Assembly (NCBI GenBank): GCA_963843145.1
Contig: CAWJJC010000021.1
Coordinates: 96,001 to 160,000 of the forward strand
DNA length: 64,000 bases
DNA from: an uncultured delta proteobacterium
Lineage (GTDB): Bacteria > Desulfobacterota > RBG-13-43-22
Direction of reading: 5' to 3'
This document shows positions 38,269-49,055 of this stretch, one piece after another. The notes under the pieces were generated by a model. The model searched no databases. It saw only the letters and a program-made list of their open reading frames with translations, and was not told the DNA's origin. Positions within the stretch are counted from its first letter, which is position 1. The number at the start of each line of letters is the position of its first letter. The position numbers were made by a program, and so were the translations under genes.

Positions 38269-38637
38269 TTACAGGGAATGCAAACCGATCAAATTCCCTT
38301 CGGTATCGTAAAGGAGGGAGATGAATCCATATTCGCCGATGGAGGTTTTCCGCTTTTGAATCTTGGCGCCGAGCTTTTCAGCACGGCCCTCTTCAACGGC
38401 GCAATCCTCACAAGCGAAGTAGACGATGGTGCTGTTGCCCCCGGACGGGTAGCCCTCCATTTTTACCAAGGCTCCCGAGATCCCCATTTGATCCATCTGC
38501 ATCGGGAAACTCCAGATCTCAACGTCCGGGGTATTGAGTCGTTCCAGCTTCACCTCGAAGACATTTTCATAGAAGTTCCTGGCCCGATTCATGTCCTGAA
38601 CATAGATCTCAAACCATCTCACCGGATTATGCGCCAT
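38269..38637 (-). CDS. VOC/glyoxalase family protein
   Basis: NPVRWFEIYV.D..RA..FY, DTEGNLIGLHS. Confidence 0.92.
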   Translation of the reverse strand: MAHNPVRWFEIYVQDMNRARNFYENVFEVKLERLNTPDVEIWSFPMQMDQMGISGALVKMEGYPSGGNSTIVYFACEDCAVEEGRAEKLGAKIQKRKTSIGEYGFISLLYDTEGNLIGLHSL

Positions 38638-38880
38638 TGGAGGTTTCCTTTCATTGTTATTTAAGTATTTTTGGCTAGTCTTATGGTACTAAAATCCTTA
38701 TGAATGTCAAGAATGCAAAAAGGGCAGGGGGGCTGGAAAGAGGTTCGATTGCGGTCATGGAATTGAGCAATTATTCGGCCTCATGATAGAAAAGAAATAA
38801 AAGGTCTGGATCCCGGCGTTCTCCGGGGGACAACCTCCTCCATTGCCTGAAAATCTCCGAACCGGGAAGCCATTCGGCCC

Positions 38881-38909
38881 TTGACAGATGGGCCGGCGGC
38901 TGGTTTAAT
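38881..38909 (+). promoter_or_regulatory. Sigma70 promoter of tkt
   Basis: TTGACA-17 nt-TTTAAT with TG extension. Confidence 0.6.
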
Positions 38910-38971
38910 CAGATTCTTTCAGAGGAACCTGACAGGTAGGAATTCACTTAGGCAAGCAGAGGAAAGGGACC

Positions 38972-41020
38972 ATGGAATCGAACAACCAGCGTTTAGATCA
39001 AACCGAAAGTATCCAATTTGACAACGAAAAAGACCAATTGTGCATCAACACCATCCGAATGCTGAGCGTCGATGCCGTGCAGCAGGCCAACTCCGGCCAC
39101 CCGGGGCTGCCCATGGGGGCGGCTCCCATGGCCTATGTGCTCTGGACGCGTTTTCTGAAGCATAACCCGGCCCACCCGAAGTGGTTTGATCGGGACCGGT
39201 TCGTCCTTTCGGCCGGTCACGGGTCCATGCTGCTCTACAGCCTTCTTTTTCTGACCGGTTATGGTCTGACCTTAGACGATTTGAAATCTTTTCGTCAGTG
39301 GGGCAGCAAGACTCCGGGCCACCCGGAATACGGTCATACCCCCGGTGTGGAAACCACCACCGGTCCTTTGGGGCAGGGTTTGGCCAATGGGGTGGGGATG
39401 GCTATGGCCGAAGCCTTTTTAGCGGCCCGTTACAATCGTCCCGGTTTCCCCTTGGTGGACCACTATACTTACGGGATTGTGAGCGACGGCGATTTGATGG
39501 AAGGGGTGTCTCACGAGGCGGCCTCCCTGGCCGGACACCTGAAGCTGGGCAAGCTGATCTATCTGTACGATGATAATCATATTTCCATCGAAGGCCGTAC
39601 GGATATCGCCTTCACCGAAGACCGACTGAAGCGCTTTGAGGCCTACGAATGGCAGGTGCAGCGGGTGGAAGACGGCAATGATTTGGAGGCCATCGTCCGG
39701 GCTATCCAGACCGCCCAAAAGGAAACACAACGCCCTTCCCTGATCGCCGTTCGGACGATGATCGGCTGGGGAAGTCCCAACAAGCAGAATAAGGCCTCGG
39801 CCCATGGGGAACCCCTGGGGGTGGAGGAAGTGGGCCTGACCAAGGCCAATTTGTGCTGGCCGGCGGAACCCTCGTTTTATGTGCCCGAACCGGCCCTGGC
39901 GGTTTTTCGGCAAGCGGTCGATCAGGGGAAAAAAAACGAAGCCGAGTGGTCCTCTCTGGAGCGGTCGTATGAACAGCTTTTCCCGGAACCGGCCCTGGAA
40001 TTCAAACAGGTTCTTCGGGGTGAACTGCCGAAAGGCTGGGACGCGGACATTCCTTCCTTCCCGGCCGATCCCAAGGGCACGGCCACCCGCAACACCTCGG
40101 GCAAGGTGCTGAACGCCCTTGCCGCCCGGATTCCGTATCTGCTTGGCGGCTCGGCCGACCTGGCCCCTTCCACAAAAACGTTGATTGCCGGCTCCCAGGA
40201 TTTTACCCCTGGGCAGTTCGATCAGCGCAATATCCATTTCGGCGTCCGGGAACACGGTATGGGTTCAATTCTGAACGGGATGGCCCTGCATGGCGGCGTG
40301 ATCCCCTATGGTGCCACCTTTTTGATCTTCTCCGATTACATGCGGCCGCCCATGCGGCTGGCGGCCATGATGGGGATAAAGGTAATTTACGTCTTCACCC
40401 ACGACAGTATCGGCCTGGGTGAGGACGGCCCGACCCACCAGCCCATCGAACAGTTGGCCGGCCTCCGCTCCGTTCCCAACCTGACGGTCATCCGCCCGGC
40501 CGATGCCAACGAAACGGCCGAGGCCTGGCGTCAGGCCATCCGGCTCGATGGACCGGTAGCCCTGATTCTGACTCGGCAAAATGTCCCGACTTTGGACCGA
40601 ACCCGAATGAATCCGGCCTCCGGCCTAGCCCGGGGCGGGTATGTCGTCAATAGATTGGAGGGGAAAAAACCGGCGATCATCCTGATCGGGACCGGATCCG
40701 AGCTGTCCCTGGCTTTGGAAGCGGCGGCCCAACTGGAGGCCCGGGGGAAAGCGGTCCAGGTGGTCAGTCTGCCGAGTTGGGAATTGTTTGATCGTCAGCC
40801 CCAATCCTATCGGGATGAAGTGCTGCCCCCGACCGTCAAGGCCCGGGTGTCGATCGAGGCCGGCAGCCCCCAGGGCTGGGAACGCTACGTGGGGGACCAG
40901 GGCCGGATCATCGGCCTCGATCACTTCGGCGCCTCGGCTCCCTACAAGATTCTCTATCAACAGTTCGGGATAACGGTGGAGCGGCTGGTCGAAGCGGCCC
41001 TGCAGGTATCGGAGGGGTAA
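38972..41020 (+). CDS. tkt: Transketolase
   Basis: [46 protein letters not shown]. Confidence 0.98.
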   Translation: MESNNQRLDQTESIQFDNEKDQLCINTIRMLSVDAVQQANSGHPGLPMGAAPMAYVLWTRFLKHNPAHPKWFDRDRFVLSAGHGSMLLYSLLFLTGYGLTLDDLKSFRQWGSKTPGHPEYGHTPGVETTTGPLGQGLANGVGMAMAEAFLAARYNRPGFPLVDHYTYGIVSDGDLMEGVSHEAASLAGHLKLGKLIYLYDDNHISIEGRTDIAFTEDRLKRFEAYEWQVQRVEDGNDLEAIVRAIQTAQKETQRPSLIAVRTMIGWGSPNKQNKASAHGEPLGVEEVGLTKANLCWPAEPSFYVPEPALAVFRQAVDQGKKNEAEWSSLERSYEQLFPEPALEFKQVLRGELPKGWDADIPSFPADPKGTATRNTSGKVLNALAARIPYLLGGSADLAPSTKTLIAGSQDFTPGQFDQRNIHFGVREHGMGSILNGMALHGGVIPYGATFLIFSDYMRPPMRLAAMMGIKVIYVFTHDSIGLGEDGPTHQPIEQLAGLRSVPNLTVIRPADANETAEAWRQAIRLDGPVALILTRQNVPTLDRTRMNPASGLARGGYVVNRLEGKKPAIILIGTGSELSLALEAAAQLEARGKAVQVVSLPSWELFDRQPQSYRDEVLPPTVKARVSIEAGSPQGWERYVGDQGRIIGLDHFGASAPYKILYQQFGITVERLVEAALQVSEG

Positions 41021-41238
41021 GATTCAATAACTTTGCCGGGAGGACTACCGGAGGTAAAATCCAGATCCGGGAAAGGAACGTCCGCCAATGACCGGAGTCT
41101 CCCCGCCGAAATCCGCTGCCGGCAATATGCTGGCTTTTTCGACTCGAAATACACACTTCCGGCTATTTACTTTTTCCCCATCGGCCGGTATATTGAAATC
41201 TACTAAAGAAAAAAACCATCCAGCGAAGGGAGAAAGCC

Positions 41239-41517
41239 ATGGAGGAAAAGGAAAAATACAGAGCCCAAGTACAAGCCCAAATGATTAAATTCCACGAAAC
41301 CTTATCCGAGATCAAATTGAAGATGCAGAAGAGGAACGAAAACCAACCGGATCTGTCCCTGGATCCCTTCATTCAAAAACATGAAAAGGCCCAGGCCAAG
41401 TTGAAGGAATTGGAGCAGGCCGATGAAAAGAGTTGGCCCGTGGCCAAAGCCGAACTGGACGACATGATGGGCGACATGGACGCCGAACTGAGGAAGGCCT
41501 GGGCCTATTTACCTTAA
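41239..41517 (+). CDS. Small coiled-coil hypothetical protein
   Basis: RBS AAGGGAG; helical 92-aa ORF. Confidence 0.7.
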   Translation: MEEKEKYRAQVQAQMIKFHETLSEIKLKMQKRNENQPDLSLDPFIQKHEKAQAKLKELEQADEKSWPVAKAELDDMMGDMDAELRKAWAYLP

Positions 41518-41575
41518 ACTAATTTGATGTTCAGCAGGTGTTTGAGGTAAGAATACCAAGGGTAGGCATGATTTT

Positions 41576-41773
41576 TTATTCGGAGAGTATGACCTTGACC
41601 CGGCCGACCAGCCCGCCGATCAGTCGCACTTTTATCCCGTGGGGGTGAGTGGGCGATTTGGTGAGAATCTCCTGGACGATTCCTGCGGTCAGTTTCCCGG
41701 AACGCTGGTCCTGTTTCTGCACTACCTGCACCCGGGTTCCCGGCTGGATATCAGATCTCTTTTTGCCGTCCAT
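41576..41773 (-). CDS. YwbE family protein
   Basis: KQDQRSGKLT.G.V..ILTKSPTHPHGIKVRL..G.VGRV. Confidence 0.9.
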   Translation of the reverse strand: MDGKKRSDIQPGTRVQVVQKQDQRSGKLTAGIVQEILTKSPTHPHGIKVRLIGGLVGRVKVILSE

Positions 41774-41904
41774 TGCTGAAGCCATCTAGGTTTTTCCAAG
41801 GCCTATCCTCGAATAAGGGATTGATCGGCCAGCAGGTCGGCCAAATATGGAAAATAGACGATAAGGTTGCCATCTTACCTTTTCGAGGACAACAGGTAAC
41901 CTCT

Positions 41905-42303
41905 CTATAGCCATTCCACTGGCACAAGACCACCCACTTTTTTGAAATCGGGGTCCCCGGTGAGGATGGAGGCCTGGAAGCGGATAGCCGTGGCGGCGGC
42001 GAAGCAATCGGCATAAGAAATGGGGTGCCGGGCCTTGATTTCTGCCGCTTTCCAGATAAGGTCGCTGTCGGGGAGGACAATTTCAATGGGTAGACGCAGG
42101 AAGTTTTCAAGAAATATTTTCGCTTCCGGCAGGCCGGACCGGCGGATTACCAAATAATAGACTTCCCCCAGATTGATCTGGTTCATATAGCCTTTGAGGG
42201 ATTGATCCCGGCAGGCCATCAACAGAGAGCGGACTTTCTGATAGCCTTTTTCTTTCTGGACCCACCTTAAAACGGCGTGGGAATCAAACAGAATGGGGGT
42301 CAT
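41905..42303 (-). CDS. vapC: PIN-domain toxin
   Basis: FDSHA, INLGEVYY, ISYADCFA, TGDPDF. Confidence 0.92.
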   Translation of the reverse strand: MTPILFDSHAVLRWVQKEKGYQKVRSLLMACRDQSLKGYMNQINLGEVYYLVIRRSGLPEAKIFLENFLRLPIEIVLPDSDLIWKAAEIKARHPISYADCFAAATAIRFQASILTGDPDFKKVGGLVPVEWL

Positions 42304-42535
42304 CGATCCGATTGTCCTTTTTCCTTTCCTCGATCAATTCGTCAGCCAAGGACCCCGGCTGGTCTTTTAAAAAGCCGGTGAGGAATTCGATGGGATCGTC
42401 CGGAAGCGCTCGGATTTCCACATGGTCGTCCACCCATTTAACGGACAGCGATTTACCCGGAGTAGCACCCATTTTATTTCGTATTTCTTTTGGCAAAACA
42501 ATTTGACCTTTAGAGTATGTTTTGACGATTGGCAT
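42284..42535 (-). CDS. vapB: AbrB/MazE/SpoVT family antitoxin
   Basis: SKGQIVLPKEIR; overlaps vapC. Confidence 0.88.
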   Translation of the reverse strand: MPIVKTYSKGQIVLPKEIRNKMGATPGKSLSVKWVDDHVEIRALPDDPIEFLTGFLKDQPGSLADELIEERKKDNRIDDPHSV

Positions 42536-42559
42536 TTTAAATATCCTTCCAAAAAAAAG

Positions 42560-42603
42560 TTATACTTTGTAATTAAAGTATAAAAATTTAGCGCTGTTGT
42601 CAA
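42560..42603 (-). promoter_or_regulatory. vapBC promoter with operator dyad
   Basis: Minus-strand TTGACA (42598-42603)-17 nt-TACTTT; dyad TTATACTTT-N6-AAAGTATAA (42560-42583) covers the -10. Confidence 0.65.
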
Positions 42604-42935
42604 TAAATTTTAATGATTTCTATCCGCCATTCGAGACAGCTTTCTAGAAATCCCACCCCAACACCCCCGACTACGATGGCAACAACGCCCAAAACGCCGT
42701 TGATATTCGGGTACCCAGGGCCGAAAAACAGCCAGGTCAGGGAAGCAGAGCAGGACAATCAACGTCCGTGAAGTCTCGGCAAAAGGGATTCCCCTATTGT
42801 TTGGTGAATTCTAACCCGGAAGGGAAGGCTTAGAGGCTTAGGGGGCTTCGGACCGGTCAGTTTGGGGATAGGAGGGCGGAGGGAATGAGTAAAATCCAAT
42901 AAGGAGAAAGACAGGACCCCTTCTAGAAATATTAA

Positions 42936-42977
42936 TGATTCAGGCCGGTTCAATAAAAACAAAGCCGGCCTGAATCA
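42936..42977. terminator. Hairpin downstream of the lipoprotein gene
   Basis: TGATTCAGGCCGG ... CCGGCCTGAATCA. Confidence 0.55.
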
Positions 42978-42992
42978 ATGACCTTTTACTGC

Positions 42993-43343
42993 CTATGCCC
43001 GGTTATAAGTACCCGTTCCTCCTAATGAATTCAGCGTGAAACTATTGACCGCCGTGGCAGTCAGATTAATAGTGGCCGGCTGGCTGGCTCCCGTGGAGAT
43101 CGTTACCTGGGTTCCCGATTGAGTCCAGGTGAAGTTTGAATTGATACTCCCTTGGTAAGAGCCGGTTCCATTTGAATTGAAGACAATTGTTGGAGGAAAA
43201 TTCCCATTGGAACTGGTCAATTTCCAGGTGCCGATTAATGTGGAGGAAGCGTCTCCTCCGCTGTTCGTGCCGCTGCTGCTGCAACCCATTCCCAGAGCCA
43301 AAACCAGAACCAAGGTCACTAATAAATAAATTTTTAAACGCAT
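42993..43343 (-). CDS. Ser/Thr-rich lipoprotein, lipocalin-like beta fold
   Basis: Lipobox GMGC; LIGTWKL; RBS GAGGAGG. Confidence 0.75.
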   Translation of the reverse strand: MRLKIYLLVTLVLVLALGMGCSSSGTNSGGDASSTLIGTWKLTSSNGNFPPTIVFNSNGTGSYQGSINSNFTWTQSGTQVTISTGASQPATINLTATAVNSFTLNSLGGTGTYNRA

Positions 43344-43447
43344 CTCTTTTCCCTCCTCCTTAAAATAGATTTTGCTTATAAATGGTTTAGTCAATGAAAG
43401 GGTTTATCAGGTTAAAAAAATAATTATTCTTTTTCTTTTTTTTAAAA

Positions 43448-44170
43448 TCACGGGTTGACTGATTTATTTCCCTCGAGGGTCAAAACCTGTATATCGGCAT
43501 AATCACCAATCGCGTGCGAATGGGTATCGTCCGAGTCGGTTAATACCGCCAATCCGGAGGTCGTCGGACTTTTTTCGGCCTCGCCGTAGAGCTCGCGATA
43601 ATCGGCAAGCACATTCCTCCTTTCGTTCACCCAGGCCCCCTGGCGGGACCGTCCGCTGCGAACCACTACGATTTTGGTCGTCGAGGAATAGGGGGAGGCA
43701 AAGGTGGTCCCGGCCGGAAGCGTGTCACTCCAGATATATTTGATCGTTTTGATAAATGGCCAATGGCCGAAAACCACGTACAGACCGAGGACGCTGTCGT
43801 TTCGGCTTCTTTCCCGCTCGTTGCTGTTAACCGGGAAAACCACGGCTCGCCACTGCCATTGCAGCAGGGGAAATTCCCGCAGGGCCCAGGGATGTTCGTA
43901 GCCCAGTTGGTCTCTCGTACCCTTGGCGTCCGCATGGAGAAACCGTTTGCCATTCTCTGCCTGGACCGAATAGACCCGGTTGGCGCTTTTCTCGTCCCAC
44001 GATATCCAACCTGAAGGCAACTTGCCGATCTCATCGGCCTGAAAGTTTATCCGGAACGGGGTCTGGGCGAACAGCCTGGTTGAACACCCCAGGAAGATGA
44101 TGAGGATCATCATCCCCATCCGTTCGTGCCGGGTGTAAATCCGCCCCCTTGGCCAGTGGGTTATATTCAT
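43448..44170 (-). CDS. DUF3047-like exported protein
   Basis: P.LQWQWRA..FP, D....LYVVF, IKYIWS, W..ERRNVLADY..LYG, LTDSDDT. Confidence 0.8.
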   Translation of the reverse strand: MNITHWPRGRIYTRHERMGMMILIIFLGCSTRLFAQTPFRINFQADEIGKLPSGWISWDEKSANRVYSVQAENGKRFLHADAKGTRDQLGYEHPWALREFPLLQWQWRAVVFPVNSNERERSRNDSVLGLYVVFGHWPFIKTIKYIWSDTLPAGTTFASPYSSTTKIVVVRSGRSRQGAWVNERRNVLADYRELYGEAEKSPTTSGLAVLTDSDDTHSHAIGDYADIQVLTLEGNKSVNP

Positions 44171-44233
44171 AAGATCAACTTAAAAAACAATCCTGGAAAG
44201 ACTTCCCGGACGATTGAGGAGGATTGAATTTTA

Positions 44234-45190
44234 TCATAGTTGCCGCTCTCCCCAGCGAGGAGATTTCTCCGGTTTTCCGGGTTTTACCTTGATTCCCTGC
44301 TTGTTAACCCAATCCCTTCCCGCCTCGGCTAATTGCCGGTTGCCGCATCCCATAAAATTTTCAGCCATTCTAATATAACCATATTCTTGCAAAGCTCGTA
44401 TCAACTGGGCTTCGGTCCCGGGTTCTCCGCGGCGGATAAAGAAGGCGTGGGCCCCGGTGACGGCTTCCAGGTTTCCATTTTTGAAGGCGGCAAGCAGAAA
44501 CGCCTCGGCCTCGGGGTCCCGAATTTCACCCAGGGCCACTGCGGCCCTGCGTCTGACGGTAGCGGCCTTTTCGTCTTGGAATAAGGCCATCAAAGGCCCG
44601 ACGGCCCGCGGGTCCTTGATCTTCCCCAGGGCGATAGCCGCTGTTCGACGAACCTCTTCTTTTCCATCCTGCAGGGTGGCGATCAGTCTTTCCACCGCCC
44701 GGGGGTCGTTGATTTTACCCAGTGATCGGGCGGCCTCGGCTCGGACTTCGGCATCTTTATCCCCCAAGGGTTCCAGCAGCGGCTCAACCGCTCGCGACTC
44801 TTTAAATTTACCCAAAGCGGCTGCTGCTTTACGCCGAACATAACTTTCCGGATCGTGTAAGGCCTGGATCAGGGGATCGATGGCCCGGGGGTCTTTGATC
44901 TCTCCCAAGGCACTGGCAGCCCGACGGCGGACGTAGCCTTTGGGATCCTGAAGGGCTTTGGTCAGGGCCGGTACGGCCCGGGGGTCCTTCATTTTTCCCA
45001 AGGCGGAGGCCGCCTGACTTCGAACCGCCCAATCGGGATTTCCCAGGTCCTGGATTAACCGGTCCATATTCCCGGCGGCCGGCTGCGCTTCCGCCGAAAC
45101 CCATCCCGGTGAGAGGAGAAGAAGAGTCCAGAGGGCGATCCATAAAAGATTAGAGGTCGTCTTCCGATTAGAACGCTCGGCCATCGTCAT
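44234..45190 (-). CDS. Exported HEAT-repeat protein
   Basis: Signal peptide; about six VR..AA.ALG.I.DPRAV.PL...L.D repeats. Confidence 0.9.
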   Translation of the reverse strand: MTMAERSNRKTTSNLLWIALWTLLLLSPGWVSAEAQPAAGNMDRLIQDLGNPDWAVRSQAASALGKMKDPRAVPALTKALQDPKGYVRRRAASALGEIKDPRAIDPLIQALHDPESYVRRKAAAALGKFKESRAVEPLLEPLGDKDAEVRAEAARSLGKINDPRAVERLIATLQDGKEEVRRTAAIALGKIKDPRAVGPLMALFQDEKAATVRRRAAVALGEIRDPEAEAFLLAAFKNGNLEAVTGAHAFFIRRGEPGTEAQLIRALQEYGYIRMAENFMGCGNRQLAEAGRDWVNKQGIKVKPGKPEKSPRWGERQL

Positions 45191-46221
45191 TCCTCCTTTT
45201 GTTTAGAGGACGCGGGGATTAATGTCTTCTGTCCTGAGGGTTCCTTGGGGATGACCATTCGGTAACGGACCTCCCCGGCGGCCGAAACGATTTGAACGAT
45301 CATCTCATTTTTTTTGATCCACAAGTAGGCGAACCCCGGCTCCGGGAAATTGAACAGGGCTCGGGGACCGGTCTCTTCTTCCGGTCGCAGTTTGCCCGCC
45401 GAGCCGGAGACCACCAGCGGCAGCCCGCAGTCGGCTTTCAGTACCTGCTGTTTGTGCTCATGCGCAGAGAGATACAGGTCGACCTTCCCACAGAGCAGAG
45501 GGAGGACGTCTTCGATCAGGAAATCGGTATTCCCGTGATAGCCGTAGGAAAAAATGGGCTTGTGCCCCATCACCAAATTCCAGCGGGCCTGGGAGTTTTC
45601 CAGTTCCTGCCTCAGCCAAGCCTTCTGGACCTTGGAACTTTGAAAAGAATTGGTATTCAGGGCTATTATTTTAACATCGCCGATGCTCAAGGAATAGATA
45701 TCCGAGGGCATCCGCCAGGTTTTGGATTTCTTGGTATAGTCGATCTGGGCCCGCCAGTTATACATCTTACCGTTCCGGCCCCAGTCGTGTTCCCCCAGGA
45801 TGGCAAAAATCGGCAGCCCCAGTCCGGCATAGGGTTTTTCAAATTTTTCAAGGAATTGGGGGTCGTTGTCCGAAGAGACCCCGGCTGGGTGTATATTGTC
45901 GCCCAGCATGAGGGCCAGATGGCAGCCCTGATGGGCGCAGAAATCTTTCATGGCCTGGGCCACTTTGAACTGAATCTCGTCGCCGGTGCCGCTGTCCCCG
46001 AAAACCAAAATCTTTAGTCCTTCGGCCGCGATGGTCTTTTCCGTTACCGGAAGTGGAAAGTCGCGCGGAAGCACGATATCCACCGGATGTTCCTCTATCG
46101 GTTCATCAGGCAGGGTGACGGCCGCCTGCGAGAAGGGGTAGATGAAGAGAAAACTGAACAGGGCAAATCCAGTGATTAAAAACCGGCGCCTGGATAAAAT
46201 CCTTTGGTTGAATAATTCCAT
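45187..46221 (-). CDS. Metallophosphoesterase (purple acid phosphatase-like) with altered motifs, Tat-like signal
   Basis: SRRRFL; GDSG, GDNIH, GEHD, GHKP, AHEH. Confidence 0.85.
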   Translation of the reverse strand: MELFNQRILSRRRFLITGFALFSFLFIYPFSQAAVTLPDEPIEEHPVDIVLPRDFPLPVTEKTIAAEGLKILVFGDSGTGDEIQFKVAQAMKDFCAHQGCHLALMLGDNIHPAGVSSDNDPQFLEKFEKPYAGLGLPIFAILGEHDWGRNGKMYNWRAQIDYTKKSKTWRMPSDIYSLSIGDVKIIALNTNSFQSSKVQKAWLRQELENSQARWNLVMGHKPIFSYGYHGNTDFLIEDVLPLLCGKVDLYLSAHEHKQQVLKADCGLPLVVSGSAGKLRPEEETGPRALFNFPEPGFAYLWIKKNEMIVQIVSAAGEVRYRMVIPKEPSGQKTLIPASSKQKEE

Positions 46222-46310
46222 TTGAATTAATTTTTATACTCTATTACCGTGATTCTCAAGAATTTTTTCTAATAAAACAGAAATACTAGTTGAATGGAGG
46301 TCTGTTTTAA

Positions 46311-47126
46311 ATGCCAAAAAGAACTATCACCCTGGTTTCGTTACTCATTCTGAACCTTTTCACCTGGACCGCCGCCTGGGTCTGGGCGGCTCCATTATCT
46401 CTGGACCAAAACATCAAGGCGATTTTGGCCAAACAGACCGAAGTCAAAAACGGGTTTGATTTCGTGGCCCTGGGGGACAGCCGGGATGGGGCGGACATTT
46501 ATGCCCGCTTGTTAACCCGGGCCATGAGCCTCCATCCTCTTTTTATCCTCCATACGGGAGATTTTGTAAAAAGTGGGGACCCGGTCGAATATGAAAACTA
46601 TAGGAAACAAATCGCCGCGCTGGATATCCCGATAGTGCACCTTCCGGGAAATCATGACGTCCGTGCCGGGCAAGACATCTATCGTCGATATGTAGGAGAA
46701 GCTAACTGGTATTTCGACCTGGGGGATATCCGCTTCATCGGCTTGGATAACGGAAGTGGAAAGTTTACACCGGAGGCCTTGGCCTTAGCCCGGCATGCGC
46801 TCACCAGCCAAAAAACCTGTCTGGTAGCCTTCCATTACCCTCCGGCGGTAGGCCGTTGGAGCGTTCACGCCATGATCGACGACCAAAAAGGAGGGCAGGG
46901 CGGATTGGTATTGGATTTAATAAAAAAAGCCAAAGCGCCCCTGGTCTTCCTCGGGCATATCCATCTTTATGATGAAATGGACATCGACGGCACCCAATAC
47001 GTCATTACCGCCGGAGGAGGCGCCAGGCTCTATAGTAAATATAATTTCGGAAAAGCGGAATACGGTTTTCTTCTCGTCCAGGTAAGGCCCCAGGGGATTA
47101 CCCACCGCTGGGTGCCATTGGACTAA
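46311..47126 (+). CDS. Exported calcineurin-like metallophosphoesterase
   Basis: Signal peptide; GDSR, TGDFV, PGNHD, FHYP, GHIH. Confidence 0.9.
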   Translation: MPKRTITLVSLLILNLFTWTAAWVWAAPLSLDQNIKAILAKQTEVKNGFDFVALGDSRDGADIYARLLTRAMSLHPLFILHTGDFVKSGDPVEYENYRKQIAALDIPIVHLPGNHDVRAGQDIYRRYVGEANWYFDLGDIRFIGLDNGSGKFTPEALALARHALTSQKTCLVAFHYPPAVGRWSVHAMIDDQKGGQGGLVLDLIKKAKAPLVFLGHIHLYDEMDIDGTQYVITAGGGARLYSKYNFGKAEYGFLLVQVRPQGITHRWVPLD

Positions 47127-47151
47127 CTTTTTATTCCAGTCGCCTCGTTCC

Positions 47152-48972
47152 TCAAAACGCTTCCTCCGGAATATCGAGGGCCGAAGTATCCTCCTGCTGC
47201 AGGGCTACCTGCCGGGAGAAGACGTTGGGCAGGATCTGACGGCAGAAGAAGCGGGCGGTCTCGATCTTCCCCCGGTAGAAGATCCCCTGGGCCGACTGGG
47301 GATCCACATTTTTAAGCTTCTCCCGGGCCACCAACCCCTGTTCGAGCAGCTCCCGGGCCAGCACTGCCTCGGCCATGCATTCCAGGAAGCGGGTGGCGGA
47401 TAAGGGGATCAACCCCAGCCGGCCTTCCTGAAAGTACGACAGGAAACGGCCGGCATAATCGCCCAGCACCCCGCCGGCCTTCAGGAGCAGGGTAAAATCC
47501 TTGGCCAAGTCGGGATCTTCCGTGTTGGCCTGGGCAAAACCGGTCAATTTTCCAAGCCAACCCTGGAAAACGGCGCCTCCGGACATCATCAGCTTCCGAC
47601 CCACCAGATCCAGGGCCTGGATATAGGTCGTACCTTCATAGATCGAGGCGCTTTTCACGTCCCGAGCATACTGCTCAACGGGAAACTCCCGGCAGTAGCC
47701 CACGCCCCCCATGACCTGGATGGCCTCCCGGCAAAGCAGGTAGGCGAAATCGGAGCAATAGGCCTTGACCAGTGGGGTGAGCAAATCCACTGTTTGACCG
47801 GCCTCCCGCCGGACAGCCTCCTCCGGGTCGAACCGGGAGACATCCGTCAGGTAATAGAGCTTCAGGATGAAGGCCCGCATGGCCTCCGTGCCGGCCTTGA
47901 GGGTCAGGAGCATACGACGGACGTCCTCGTGTTCGACGATCCGCACTCTGGGACCCGATCGATTACTGAAAAGCGGTCCCTGGACCCGTTCTTTGGCGTA
48001 GCTCCGGGCGGCATCGTAGGCGGCTGAAGCCACCCCCAGGGCCAGGAGACCGGTCCCCATACGGGCTTCATTCATCATTTGAAACATCTTGGACATGCCG
48101 GTTTGGGGTTCGCCCAGCAGGATACCCCGGCAGCGTCCGTTTTCCCCGAAGCTCAGACCGCAGGTGGCGGAGCCATGCAACCCCATCTTGTGCTCGATGT
48201 TGGTGCAGAAGACATCGTTGGGTTCTCCCCAAGATCCATCCGCATTGACCCAGATCTTGGGTACGATGAAGAGGCTGATGCCTTTGGTCCCCTGGGGGGC
48301 ACCCTCGATCCGGGCCAGGACCAGGTGGATGATGTTTTCGGTCAGGTCCTGTTCCCCGCTGCTGATAAAACGCTTGGTCCCTTCGATTTTATAGACACGG
48401 CCAGTTTCGGAAGAAGGGTCCGGCGTGGCCTTGGTTTTGATGTGTCCCACATCACTGCCGGCATCCGCCTCGGTCAGGCACATGGTCCCGCCCCAGATGC
48501 CGTTATACATCTTTTCACAGAAAAGGGCCTTTTCCTCTTCTGTTCCGAAACTCTCGATCAGGTGGCTGGCCCCAACCGCCAGTCCGGAATAGATTTTCAT
48601 GGCCGAGTTGGCGCTGATGAAATACTCGGCCACCTGCCCGAAAATCGTCAAGGGGAGCCCCTGCCCGCCGAACCGAGGGGAAACGGACAGGCTGAACCAG
48701 CCGTTCTCGGACAGGACTTTCCAGCAGTCATGAAAGGAAGCCGGGACCTTTACCCGGCCCTCCTCATAGGTCAATCCCTGTTGATCTCCATCCTGCAGGG
48801 TAGGACCGATGACTTCCCGGGCTACCTTAAAACCTTCGGCCAGGATCATCTTAAAGTCGTCCAGGGTAAAGTCTTTGAAAGTCTCGTATCCGAGCAGCCT
48901 CTCCAGATCCAACATCTCAAAAAGCACAAATTCCGGATCACGGTCATCCCGCCGGAAGAAGTTCACACCCAT
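47152..48972 (-). CDS. Acyl-CoA dehydrogenase
   Basis: GTMCLTEADAGSDVG, GTKRFIS, EHKMGLHGS, YAKERVQG, IYEGT. Confidence 0.95.
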   Translation of the reverse strand: MGVNFFRRDDRDPEFVLFEMLDLERLLGYETFKDFTLDDFKMILAEGFKVAREVIGPTLQDGDQQGLTYEEGRVKVPASFHDCWKVLSENGWFSLSVSPRFGGQGLPLTIFGQVAEYFISANSAMKIYSGLAVGASHLIESFGTEEEKALFCEKMYNGIWGGTMCLTEADAGSDVGHIKTKATPDPSSETGRVYKIEGTKRFISSGEQDLTENIIHLVLARIEGAPQGTKGISLFIVPKIWVNADGSWGEPNDVFCTNIEHKMGLHGSATCGLSFGENGRCRGILLGEPQTGMSKMFQMMNEARMGTGLLALGVASAAYDAARSYAKERVQGPLFSNRSGPRVRIVEHEDVRRMLLTLKAGTEAMRAFILKLYYLTDVSRFDPEEAVRREAGQTVDLLTPLVKAYCSDFAYLLCREAIQVMGGVGYCREFPVEQYARDVKSASIYEGTTYIQALDLVGRKLMMSGGAVFQGWLGKLTGFAQANTEDPDLAKDFTLLLKAGGVLGDYAGRFLSYFQEGRLGLIPLSATRFLECMAEAVLARELLEQGLVAREKLKNVDPQSAQGIFYRGKIETARFFCRQILPNVFSRQVALQQEDTSALDIPEEAF

Positions 48973-49055
48973 GGGGGTCTCCTTTCTTTTGCTGCTGAAC
49001 GGTTGGGAAAAAGGCGCTTTCCCCAGAACCGGATAAACCGGGTTTTCCGTCCCTG

